The notes under the pieces: model-generated | Databases searched by the model: none | What the model saw: only the letters and a program-made list of their open reading frames with translations | What the model was told of the DNA's origin: nothing | Part shown: piece after piece, positions 9,722-18,278 of the stretch | Layout of the letters: each line of letters opens with the position of its first letter | How positions within the stretch are numbered: the stretch's first letter is position 1 | DNA from: Gammaproteobacteria bacterium | GTDB lineage: Bacteria > Pseudomonadota > Gammaproteobacteria > Steroidobacterales > GCA-2729495 | Reading direction: 5' to 3' | Assembly: GCA_030583605.1 (NCBI GenBank) | Contig: CP129466.1 | Location: forward strand, 3,289,028 to 3,353,027 | DNA: 64,000 bases | Program-made: the position numbers and the translations under genes

Positions 9722-10153
9722 ATGACCACCAATACCCAAGCAGACTCCGGATTCGGTGTCGGCGATTTCGCCTTGCGGCTCGTCATCGCGCTGGCGCTCG
9801 TATTACTGACCTTCAACCCCACCCGGTATTGCTTCGTCGCCTGGCTGATGCGGTCGATTGCGGCCGGTGAGGCCAGCGCCATTCACGCGCTGGCGGGTAT
9901 CGTGCTGCTCATCGGCTGGGTGGTCTTCCTCAACGCCGCCAGGGACTCCCTCGGCGCCGCGGGTTTCGTTCTGGGCGCGGCATTCTTCGCCGCGCTGGTG
10001 TGGGCGCTCACCGACTTCGACCTGATCGATCTCGACTCGGGTACTGCCGTCGTCTGGATTGCCCTCATCTGCATCGCTGCCCTGCTCGCCGTCGGCATGT
10101 CATGGGGGCACTGGAAACGCCAGGCGAGCGGCCAGGTCGAGATGGACCGCTAG
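9722..10153 (+). CDS. small integral membrane protein, unknown function
   Basis: Only the last 143 codons of ORF 8762-10153 look real, with 4 clear hydrophobic spans (LRLVIALALVLLTF, ALAGIVLLIGWVVFL, FVLGAAFFAALVWAL, VVWIALICIAALLAVG). The upstream part is antisense to nhaD. Confidence 0.55.
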   Translation: MTTNTQADSGFGVGDFALRLVIALALVLLTFNPTRYCFVAWLMRSIAAGEASAIHALAGIVLLIGWVVFLNAARDSLGAAGFVLGAAFFAALVWALTDFDLIDLDSGTAVVWIALICIAALLAVGMSWGHWKRQASGQVEMDR

Positions 10154-11052
10154 GGCGCGGTCCAGGCCATCCCGGCGCGGCAGCTGTCGATCAGCCGCTG
10201 GATGGCAGGATGGCGTACGCGCCTGCCCAGTGTGAGCGCATAGAGACGGTCGACGAGCCCTGGAACCGTGCCGAGCTGAAGCAGGCCGTCGCGACGCTTC
10301 GCCTCCTCGGCCAGCGCCTGGCGGATCGGCACCAGGCCGTGGCCACGCGAAGCGAAGCCGTTCATCAGCGGGACATCGTCGAGCTCGCCGACGATGCGCG
10401 GCCGAATACCCTCTTCGGCAAACCAGGAGTCGAGCCCCTCGCGCAACACGCCGCCGGCAGACGGTAGCAGCAGCGGAGCGCCGTCGAGCGATCGCGGGAA
10501 CCCCTCACGGTATCGTCCGGCCAGACGCGCCGTGCCGTAGATGCCAATGCGCGTCTCGCCGATCAGGTGCGCATGGATGGGTCCCGCGCTCGCGCGTGGC
10601 GGCAGGCGATCGGTTATCAATACGTGCACGGTGCCGGCAATCAGCGCGCGGCACATGGCATCGAGGCCGCCAACCGACACCTCGATCCTGACGGTGTTCT
10701 TCGACCCGAAGACCGGGCGCAGGGCGGCATAGAACAACGACCTCGGCACCGAGGCGAGCATCGCGACGCGCAAGCGGCCTTCGCGCTGGCCCGAGACCGC
10801 CTCGACCAGCTCGAAACCGAGTCGGAAGATCTGCTCGCAGTAACTCGCCACGACCTCGCCCTGCGGAGTCAGGCGCACGCCACGTGACCGGCGCAGGAAC
10901 AGTCTCGTGCCGAGCGCGGCTTCGAGCGAGGCGAGCTGCGCGCTCAGCGTCGAGTGGCGCACGCCGAGCAGACGGCTCGCGCCGGCGAGGCTGCCCTCCT
11001 GCGCGACGATCCAGAAGCGGTACAGATGGTGATAGTTGGGGCGAGCTGCCAT
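10150..11052 (-). CDS. LysR-family transcriptional regulator, NhaR-like
   Basis: The N-terminal HTH NYHHLYRFWIVAQEGSLAGASRLLGVRHSTLSAQLASLEAALGTRLFLR closely resembles E. coli NhaR (NYNHLYYFW...). Located 2 genes from nhaD. Confidence 0.8.
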   Translation of the reverse strand: MAARPNYHHLYRFWIVAQEGSLAGASRLLGVRHSTLSAQLASLEAALGTRLFLRRSRGVRLTPQGEVVASYCEQIFRLGFELVEAVSGQREGRLRVAMLASVPRSLFYAALRPVFGSKNTVRIEVSVGGLDAMCRALIAGTVHVLITDRLPPRASAGPIHAHLIGETRIGIYGTARLAGRYREGFPRSLDGAPLLLPSAGGVLREGLDSWFAEEGIRPRIVGELDDVPLMNGFASRGHGLVPIRQALAEEAKRRDGLLQLGTVPGLVDRLYALTLGRRVRHPAIQRLIDSCRAGMAWTAP

Positions 11053-11147
11053 TCTCCCGCGGGCTCCTCGCAACTCAGGCGGCGACTCCTTCCGGCCGTT
11101 GCCTCATTGTGGCAGAGCGACTCACCCGAACGCAGCTGCGTTTTTTT

Positions 11148-11649
11148 GGTTCTTCGCCGATCTGCGGGAATGCAGCGGCTCGCTGGTGGACGATGCGGTG
11201 GTCGCGGCCCCGGTGCGTGCCGCTCCTCGCACGTCCATGTGCTCGTCGCTATGGGTTACGCCGGCTGCTGCCCTCCTGGCAACCGGCTCCACACATGCCC
11301 GCGCCGGGGCCGCGCCCACCGCTGCATCCGCCTCGCCAGGGGCGATGTGTCGCACGACGACCGGGGCGTGGATCCGGATGCCAGGGGGGTGCGACTCCGC
11401 CCGTCTCCGGGCCGAGCCCATCAGCCGGCTGGCCGAGCAGGCACCGCGAGCAAGGCTAAGCTCGCAGAGGCAGCGGCAGGGATGCCGCTGCTGCGCGCCC
11501 ACGAGACCCAAGGATGTCGAGTGGCGCGCACTCCGCAGCGAGCACGCCTGCGAGGGCACCCGCAGGGCCAGCCGGCGGCGAGACCCGGCGATGGGCGGAG
11601 TCCTATGCAGCCTTCGCCGCATGATGACCCTGCAGACGGGAGAAGAACC
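11148..11649 (+). mobile_element. MITE-like non-autonomous element, copy 1 (502 bp)
   Basis: Starts GGTTCTTCGCCGATCTGCGGG and ends CCCTGCAGACGGGAGAAGAACC (17/21 inverted-repeat match). Flanked by T7 on both sides (11141-11147 and 11650-11656). About 95% identical to 24805-25305. No conserved ORF. Confidence 0.8.
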
Positions 11650-11720
11650 TTTTTTTCGACAGCTGCAGTCGTGGCGTTGGGCTGGGCGCGTCGGCACCGG
11701 CCCGCTAGCCTCGCAGGATA

Positions 11721-12449
11721 ATGGCCACTGCCCCCAGGAACTCCCGCACGGCGCTCGAACTGCCGCGCCTCCCCTACGCCCCCGATGCGCTCGCGCCCGG
11801 CATCTCCGCCGATGCGTTGCTCTATCACTACGGGCACCACCACGCCGGCTACTGCAGGACTGTCGCCCGCCTCGTCCGGGGCAACCGCAGATTCGAGGAC
11901 GCCTCGCTCGAGGAGATCATCGGCGAAGCTACCGGCGCGCTGGCGAACGCCGCGGCGCAGGTCTGGAACCATACGTTCTACTGGCGTTCGCTCTGCCCAC
12001 GACCTGGCCGGCCGGATGCGGCGCTGCTGCGCGCGATCGACCGCTCCTTCGGCTCGCGGGCTGCGCTCTCGAGACGGTTCCGGAAAGAGGCGCTGGATCT
12101 GTTCGGCAGCGGCTGGGTCTGGCTGGTCGCAACCGGCAGCGGCACGCTCGACGTCGTCTCCACGCCCAATGCGGGCTTGCGCCTGCACGAAGAAGGCTGG
12201 TGGCCCTTGCTCGTCTGCGATGTGTGGGAGCACGCCTATTACATCGACTATCGCGGCGACCGCGCCGCCTACCTCGATGCATTCTGGGCGGCCATCGACT
12301 GGGTAATCGCGAGCGAGCGTTACGCTACGCTGCGCGCCAGGGGCAGGCTGCAGCGGCAGGCGGCTCCCGATCGTCGGCCGGGGCGTTGGAGCGTACAGGG
12401 TAGCCACAGCTGGCACCCGGCTGTCGGTCCGCATCACGCAGCGGAGTAG
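11721..12449 (+). CDS. sodB: Fe/Mn superoxide dismutase (Fe-SOD-like) with a ~35-aa C-terminal extension
   Basis: LPRLPYAPDALAPGISADALLYHYGHHH, QVWNHTFYW, GSGWVWLV and DVWEHAYYIDY (metal ligands H, H, D, H). RBS AGGA lies before the ATG. Confidence 0.9.
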   Translation: MATAPRNSRTALELPRLPYAPDALAPGISADALLYHYGHHHAGYCRTVARLVRGNRRFEDASLEEIIGEATGALANAAAQVWNHTFYWRSLCPRPGRPDAALLRAIDRSFGSRAALSRRFRKEALDLFGSGWVWLVATGSGTLDVVSTPNAGLRLHEEGWWPLLVCDVWEHAYYIDYRGDRAAYLDAFWAAIDWVIASERYATLRARGRLQRQAAPDRRPGRWSVQGSHSWHPAVGPHHAAE

Positions 12450-12454
12450 CGCCG

Positions 12455-13117
12455 TTGCATGAACCCTTCGCCATCCGGGACTGCGCGCTCGTCGCGATTG
12501 CGACCGGTCAGCGTGCCCAGACGCTGCGCGAACTGCGCGACGGCCTGCTCCGGGTGCCCAGAGAGAGCATCTACTACCACTTCTGGGGGCGGCTGTTGCG
12601 GCCGCGGTTCGACGACACGGAATTCCACAACGACTTCGCCGCCTGGACGCGCCACTGCCTGCACGACGAAACCCTGGCCGAGCGGCTGGCGGTGATAGAT
12701 CCCGCGGATTTCACCGACCTCGAGGAGCTGCGCCACGAACTGGTGGAGGTCATCGAGAATCGGCTCGACGAGACCGACGTCATGCAGTTCGCGCGACGTG
12801 ACCGGCAATTTCATTTCCGCCGTTGCCAGACAGTGGTGTTCGACACCGGCAACCGCGTGTGCGATCCACAAGCACTGGCGCAGGCCATTCCGGCCATGTC
12901 CGTCGGCAGCGTCTATTACCACGTAATCGACGCTCGCTGGCGCGAACCGGTGCGGACGGACGACTTCAGAACCTGGCTCCGCCAGTTCGGCCGCAAGTAC
13001 GGACCACTGTGCGACGAGCTGGCTGGCGTCGACCCCTATTTCTCGAACCTCGCGCAGCTGCGCGCCGAGATCGGGAGGCTGGTCGGCGCCTTCATCGACA
13101 GGGGGGCGGCCCGATGA
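12455..13117 (+). CDS. conserved hypothetical two-repeat protein (recalled as the DUF5752-type partner of TreT genes; unverified)
   Basis: TTG start 6 nt after the sodB stop, with GGAG 8 nt upstream. Two ~85-aa internal repeats (SIYYHFW...NDFAAW...LAVIDPADFTDLEELRHEL and SVYYHVI...DDFRTWL...LAGVDPYFSNLAQLRAEI). The stop overlaps the treT start (ATGA). Confidence 0.65.
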   Translation: MHEPFAIRDCALVAIATGQRAQTLRELRDGLLRVPRESIYYHFWGRLLRPRFDDTEFHNDFAAWTRHCLHDETLAERLAVIDPADFTDLEELRHELVEVIENRLDETDVMQFARRDRQFHFRRCQTVVFDTGNRVCDPQALAQAIPAMSVGSVYYHVIDARWREPVRTDDFRTWLRQFGRKYGPLCDELAGVDPYFSNLAQLRAEIGRLVGAFIDRGAAR

Positions 13118-14361
13118 GCGGCAGCACGCTGCTGAAGCAATACGCGGAAGTAGCCGGCCGCGACGTAGTGCGCCAGCTCGAGCTGCTCGCCGCGCCGCTG
13201 AAGGGCCTGCGGCTCGTGCACGTCAACTCGACCCGACGCGGCGGCGGCGTCGCCGAAATCCTGGAGAAGCTGGTTCCGCTCATGACGGAGCTCGGCATCG
13301 CCGCGAGCTGGGAAGTGATCGAGGGATCACCAGAGTTCTACGAGTGCACGAAACTCTTTCACAATGCGCTGCAGGGGCAGAACACGACGGTGCCCGAGAG
13401 GCTGCTCAGCGAATACGAGCGCGTCAACGAGCTCAACGCGGCTCGCATGCGCGCCGAACTCGAGCAGGCCGACATCGTGTTCATTCACGATCCGCAACCG
13501 GCTGCACTACTGAGCCACATGCCCAAGCGCAAGGGCAAGTGGATCTGGCGCTGTCACATCGACGTCAGCCATCCGCATCGACCAGTGTGGCGCTACCTGC
13601 GCCCGCTGGTCGCCGAGCACGATGTGAGCGTGTTCTCGCTCGCGGATTTCGTCCAGTTGCTGCCGCATCCGGTCTATCTCATACCGCCGAGCATCGACCC
13701 ACTGTCGGAGAAGAACGCCGAGTTGCCTGCCGAGGAGATCGACGCCGTGTGCCGGCGCTTCGGGATCGACCGCAACCGGCCGATGGTATTGCAGGTCTCC
13801 CGCTACGACCGCTTCAAGGATCCGGTGGGCGTGGTGCAGGCCTTCCGGCTCACGCGGACCTTCGTGCCCGGTCTGCAGCTGGTGCTTGCCGGAGGTGGCG
13901 CGGCGGACGATCCCGAGGGCGAGGTGGTCCTGAAGGAAGTCCATGGCGCGGCGAACGGCGATCCCGATATCCACATCCTGCTGTTGCCGGCGGACGCAAA
14001 CCGGGTGATCAACGCCCTGCAGCGCGCTGCCGACGTCGTGTTGCAGAAGTCGATCAAGGAGGGCTTCGGCCTGACGGTCACCGAGGCGCTCTGGAAGGCC
14101 AAGCCGGTGATCGGCGGCGATACCGGCGGCATCCGGCTCCAGGTCGTCGACCACCACACGGGTTTTCTCGTCAGCTCCCCGGAGGGCGCGGCGCTGCGCC
14201 TGCGGTACCTGCTGCACAACCGCGAGAAAAGCGCGGCGATGGGCGCGGCGGGCCGGGAACACGTCCTGCAGAACTTCCTGAACACCCGCCAACTGCGCGA
14301 ATACCTGACGCTGATCGTAAGCCTGGTTCGCGGTTGCGCGGACCGCATCGAACTGACCTGA
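13114..14361 (+). CDS. treT: trehalose glycosyltransferring synthase TreT (GT4)
   Basis: Blocks match archaeal TreT as I recall it: HVNSTRRGGGVAEIL, FHNALQG, HDPQPAAL, WRCHIDVS, PPSIDPLSEKN, QVSRYDRFKDP, DDPEG, LQKSIKEGFGLTVTEALWKAKPVIGG. Confidence 0.85.
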   Translation: MSGSTLLKQYAEVAGRDVVRQLELLAAPLKGLRLVHVNSTRRGGGVAEILEKLVPLMTELGIAASWEVIEGSPEFYECTKLFHNALQGQNTTVPERLLSEYERVNELNAARMRAELEQADIVFIHDPQPAALLSHMPKRKGKWIWRCHIDVSHPHRPVWRYLRPLVAEHDVSVFSLADFVQLLPHPVYLIPPSIDPLSEKNAELPAEEIDAVCRRFGIDRNRPMVLQVSRYDRFKDPVGVVQAFRLTRTFVPGLQLVLAGGGAADDPEGEVVLKEVHGAANGDPDIHILLLPADANRVINALQRAADVVLQKSIKEGFGLTVTEALWKAKPVIGGDTGGIRLQVVDHHTGFLVSSPEGAALRLRYLLHNREKSAAMGAAGREHVLQNFLNTRQLREYLTLIVSLVRGCADRIELT

Positions 14362-14364
14362 CGG

Positions 14365-15177
14365 GTGATGGCACAGGTCATGGACGAGCCCGTTGCGAAC
14401 GACAGACTGAGCAGTTTCAACGCCGCGCTGGCCCGATCCGGCCATGGCGTGCTGCTGTTCGATTACGACGGCACCCTCGCGCCGTTCGCCCTCGACACCA
14501 ACGCGGTGCGGCCCTATCCGGGCATCGCCGCTGCGCTCGATGCCATCATGGACACTGCGCGCGCACGCGTGCTCATCGTCACCGGCCGCTACCTGAAGGC
14601 CACCCCGCCGGCACTCGATACCCGCAATCGACCCGAGATCTGGGGTTCGCACGGACGTGAACGCCTGCAGCCCGACGGTCGCTACGACGTAGCCCCGATC
14701 GATGAATTCGCGCTGCGCGGACTGGCCATCGCCGATGCATGGAAGGCTGACGTCGAAGCCGCCGGCGGGCGCGCCGAGGCAAAACCGGGCGCGATCGCCT
14801 TCCATTGGCGCGGCACCGGCGCGGCCCAGATGGCGCGAATCCGCGATCTGGTGACGGCGGGCTTCCACGCCGAAGCGCTGGAGGGTGTACTCGAACTGCG
14901 CCATTTCGATGGCGGACTCGAGTTGCGGGCGCCGGGTCTCGACAAAGGCGACGTGGTCCGGTCCGTCCTCACCGAGACGGCACCCGAGGTGCCCGTCGCT
15001 TATCTCGGCGATGATCTCACTGACGAGGATGCCTTCAAGGCCTTGCGTGGTCGCGGCCTGAGTGTCCTCGTACGCGGAGAGTGTCGCCAGACCGCCGCAG
15101 ACCTGTGGGTCCGGCCGCCGCAGGCCCTGCTGGAACTGCTCGGGCTGTGGCGCGATGCGCTGGCGGAGGCGCTCTGA
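14365..15177 (+). CDS. otsB: trehalose-6-phosphate phosphatase (HAD superfamily)
   Basis: HAD motif I LLFDYDGTLAPF, motif IV YLGDDLTDEDAF, and FHWRG/ELR blocks typical of OtsB. Confidence 0.8.
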   Translation: MMAQVMDEPVANDRLSSFNAALARSGHGVLLFDYDGTLAPFALDTNAVRPYPGIAAALDAIMDTARARVLIVTGRYLKATPPALDTRNRPEIWGSHGRERLQPDGRYDVAPIDEFALRGLAIADAWKADVEAAGGRAEAKPGAIAFHWRGTGAAQMARIRDLVTAGFHAEALEGVLELRHFDGGLELRAPGLDKGDVVRSVLTETAPEVPVAYLGDDLTDEDAFKALRGRGLSVLVRGECRQTAADLWVRPPQALLELLGLWRDALAEAL

Positions 15178-16241
15178 TGGACGTCGCGCTCGCGGGCGGG
15201 TGGCTCGGCAATTCGGTCCTGCAGTGGCTGCTGGCCGCCGCAGTCGCCACGTTCGCCGGCGTGACGATTGCGGCGTTGCTGCGCCTGGCCCGCACCCGCA
15301 TTACAGCCTGGGCAAAGTCCACCGACGGCCAGCTCGACGACGCGGTGGCCGAGCTGCTGGGGGCGACGAGACGCTGGTTCGTACTTGCCGTGGCCGTGCT
15401 GATCGGCGTCGAAACCCTGACGTTGCCTGAGCGCCTCGGCGACCTGGTTACGAAGTTGTTCGTCGTCGCCGTGCTGGTCCAGGCGGGATTGTGGCTGCAC
15501 GCCGGCATTGGCGGCTGGCTCAGGGGTCAACTGGAACGTCACCGGGCCAGCGATGCGACCAGCGCGACCACGGCCACGATCCTCGGCTTCATCGCCCGCG
15601 TGGCGTCATGGACCCTGGTCCTGTTGCTGGTACTGGAGAATTTCGGCGTCGATATCACCGCGCTGGTCGCCAGCCTCGGCATCGGCGGCATTGCGGTCGC
15701 GCTCGCGGTGCAAAACATCCTAGGCGACGTATTTGCCTCGCTCGCCATTGCACTCGACCAGCCGGTGGTCATCGGGGATTTCATCGTCGTCGGCGACGCG
15801 ATGGGCAACGTGGAACGCATCGGCCTGAAGACAACGCATCTGCGCAGCCTGTCCGGAGAGCTGATCGTAATCGCCAACAACGACCTGCTCGGCAGCCGCA
15901 TCCGTAACTTCAAGCGGATGTTCCAGCGCCGGATCCTCTTCGGCTTTCGCGTGAGCTACGACACGCCACCGCAGAAGCTGCGCCGCATCCCGGAGCTCGT
16001 GCGTGAGATCGTCGAGCGCGAGGAGCTCGCCCGCTTCGATCGGGCGCATTTCGCCAGTTTCGGCAGCTTCGCGCTGGAGTTCGAGGTCGTCTATTTCGTT
16101 CGCGATCCCGACTTCAACAAGTACATGGACATCCAGCAGCGCATCAACCTGAACCTGATCGAAGCGCTGAGCGCAGCCCGCGTGGAGTTCGCCTACCCGA
16201 CCCAGACCGTTCACCTCGCTTCACCCGTCGGGCCGGCTTGA
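15177..16241 (+). CDS. MscS-family mechanosensitive channel
   Basis: Start MDVALAGGW overlaps the otsB stop (TGATG). N-terminal TM helices are followed by the MscS beta-domain signature VVIGDFIVVGDAMGNVERIGLKTTHLRSLSGELIVIANNDL. Confidence 0.85.
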   Translation: MDVALAGGWLGNSVLQWLLAAAVATFAGVTIAALLRLARTRITAWAKSTDGQLDDAVAELLGATRRWFVLAVAVLIGVETLTLPERLGDLVTKLFVVAVLVQAGLWLHAGIGGWLRGQLERHRASDATSATTATILGFIARVASWTLVLLLVLENFGVDITALVASLGIGGIAVALAVQNILGDVFASLAIALDQPVVIGDFIVVGDAMGNVERIGLKTTHLRSLSGELIVIANNDLLGSRIRNFKRMFQRRILFGFRVSYDTPPQKLRRIPELVREIVEREELARFDRAHFASFGSFALEFEVVYFVRDPDFNKYMDIQQRINLNLIEALSAARVEFAYPTQTVHLASPVGPA

Positions 16242-17755
16242 TGCGCGCAGCGCCACGCAGCCGCCTGATCGTGGTGTCGAACCGGCTGCCGTTGAAGGTT
16301 GAGCGCACCGGGCCCGCAGAGTGCCACGTGTCTCCTGGCACCGGCGGGTTGGTCTCTGCGATGGCTCCGGTCATGCGCGCCCGCGGCGGGGTGTGGATCG
16401 GATGGCCGGGCACGAGCGGCAATGACGAACTGCTGCGCAAGGAGTTCCGGAGGGCCGGGCAGCGGGAGGGCTACCGCTTCGAGCCCGTGTTCCTCACCAG
16501 GGAAGAGCGCGATGCCTTCTACTACGGCTTCTCCAACGAGGTGGTCTGGCCGCTGTTTCACGACCTTCAGTCGCTGTGCAGATTCGACCCGGCATACTGG
16601 CGCGGGTACCTCGCGGTCAACCGCCGGTACGCCGACGTCATCGCAAAAAGAACGACCCATGCAGATTTCATCTGGGTGCACGACTACCAGCTGATGGGCG
16701 TAGGCAGGGCGTTACGCGACCTGGGGCACGAGGCCTGCTGCGCATTTTTCCTGCACATTCCGTTCCCGTCACCGGACATCTTCGGCAAGCTGCCGTGGCG
16801 CGAGTCCGTGCTGCGCTCGCTGTTCGCCTACGACCTCGTCGGATTCCAGACCCGTCGTGACCGGCGCAACTTTCTCGACTGCATCGACCGGTTCCTGCCC
16901 GACGCCGAGGTCAGTGGCCGTGGCCAGTCACTGGTGCGGTTGCGCCTCGGTGAGCGCGAATCGCGCGCCGGCTGGTTCCCGATCGGCATCGACCACAACG
17001 ACTTCTACCGGCGCGCGAACTCACCCGAGGTCGTGCGCCGTGCCCACGACCTGCGCCGCCTGCTGCCGGATCGCCACCTGATCCTCGGCATCGATCGGCT
17101 CGATTACACCAAGGGAATTCCGGAGCGGCTCTGTGCATTCCGCAACGCGCTCGAGCGTTATCCGGACCTCCACGAGCGCGTCACGCTGATCCAGATCGTC
17201 GTGCCGAGCCGCGCTGACATACCGCAGTACCAGGAGCTGAAATCCCGCATCGAAAACCTCGTCGGCGAGATCAACGGACGTTTCACCCGGCCCGGCGGCT
17301 GGGTCCCGATCCACTACGTGTTCCGCGCGCTCGAACCGGACGACCTGCTCGCCTTTTACCACGCCTGCCAGATCGCCCTGATCACGCCCCTGAAAGACGG
17401 CATGAACCTGGTAGCCAAGGAGTACTGTGCCTGCGATCCCGACGAGAACGGGGTATTGATACTGTCGGAGTTCGCCGGCGCTGCCGTGCAGATGGCGTCC
17501 GGCGCGCTGCTGGTGAACCCCTGCGACATCGAGGCGGTGGCCGACACATTGCACACCGCATTCCTGATGTCCGGTGGCGAACGGCGTGCGCGCATGCGAC
17601 GCCTGCGCCGCGGGATCCGCCGCCAGGACGTTTTCTGGTGGGTGGACACGTTCATGAGCGCGGCCACGGGAGCAATCACCGCAGCGCGGCCGACCCACGC
17701 TGGCCGGCCCAGTCATGCCGTTCAACCGTGCAGCGCAACGCCCCGGCCGCACTAG
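16241..17755 (+). CDS. otsA: alpha,alpha-trehalose-phosphate synthase (GT20)
   Basis: RLIVVSNRLP, GGLVSAM, WIGWPG, WVHDYQL, GIDRLDYTKGIPERL, DGMNLVAKEY. The ATG overlaps the mscS stop by 1 nt. Confidence 0.9.
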   Translation: MRAAPRSRLIVVSNRLPLKVERTGPAECHVSPGTGGLVSAMAPVMRARGGVWIGWPGTSGNDELLRKEFRRAGQREGYRFEPVFLTREERDAFYYGFSNEVVWPLFHDLQSLCRFDPAYWRGYLAVNRRYADVIAKRTTHADFIWVHDYQLMGVGRALRDLGHEACCAFFLHIPFPSPDIFGKLPWRESVLRSLFAYDLVGFQTRRDRRNFLDCIDRFLPDAEVSGRGQSLVRLRLGERESRAGWFPIGIDHNDFYRRANSPEVVRRAHDLRRLLPDRHLILGIDRLDYTKGIPERLCAFRNALERYPDLHERVTLIQIVVPSRADIPQYQELKSRIENLVGEINGRFTRPGGWVPIHYVFRALEPDDLLAFYHACQIALITPLKDGMNLVAKEYCACDPDENGVLILSEFAGAAVQMASGALLVNPCDIEAVADTLHTAFLMSGGERRARMRRLRRGIRRQDVFWWVDTFMSAATGAITAARPTHAGRPSHAVQPCSATPRPH

Positions 17756-17897
17756 CCTGGAGCAGGGTTGCACCGGGCCGCACACGGGTGGTGCCGCACG
17801 CGGGCGATTGGCGGTGCCAAAGGCCCGGGGTATGCTGCGCGCGTTCCGGCGCATTCCAGTCGATTCCGAACCGACCCGCTCCAGGCAGGACCACAGC

Positions 17898-18278
17898 ATG
17901 CGACGCCACCGATTCGCCCCGCTCGCGCGCGTGGCTGCCGCCGTCACCCTGGCGGCCGGCTGCGCCACGATGGCGCCACCCACCAACGAGATCGCCAACG
18001 CAGATCTCGCCATCAAGAGGGCCGAGCAGGCCAGCGCGTCGCAGTACGCACCGCTGGAAATGCAACTCGCGCGGGAAAAACTGGATCAGTCCCGTGACCA
18101 GGCGCAGGCGGGCGGCAAGGCCAGGCTGATCCAGGCGCGACGGCTGGCCGAGGAGTCGCTCGTGCAGGCACAGCTCGCCGAAGCCGTTGCCAACAACGAG
18201 CGCGCCAAAGCCAACAAGGCGGAAGCGGAAAAGACCATCGAAAGCCTGCGTGACGGGATGGACGGGGAGCAGAAATGA
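17898..18278 (+). CDS. DUF4398-type lipoprotein
   Basis: Signal plus lipobox (AAVTLAAGC). Helical ADLAIKRAEQASASQYAPLEMQLAREKLDQ pattern. The stop overlaps the next start. Confidence 0.7.
   Translation: MRRHRFAPLARVAAAVTLAAGCATMAPPTNEIANADLAIKRAEQASASQYAPLEMQLAREKLDQSRDQAQAGGKARLIQARRLAEESLVQAQLAEAVANNERAKANKAEAEKTIESLRDGMDGEQK

Noticed and set aside
11148-11649. Possibility that the 500-bp repeat is a structured ncRNA gene, riboswitch or integration (att) site.
   Set aside because: Terminal inverted repeats plus an exact 8-bp target duplication, and both orientations, fit transposition best. I saw no adjacent tRNA or integrase and recognised no known RNA motif. A functional RNA inside the element is not excluded (see the copy-3 finding).
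10954-12403. Long ORFs running through the repeat copies: 10954-11721, 11036-12403, 24827-25612, 31524-32195 and 31551-32201.
   Set aside because: The reading frame is not conserved between copies (indel CCCAAGG versus CCAGGG shifts the frame). The ORFs also read straight across the element's terminal inverted repeats into the flanking DNA and are Arg/Ala/Gly/Pro-rich. The repeat is therefore treated as non-coding.
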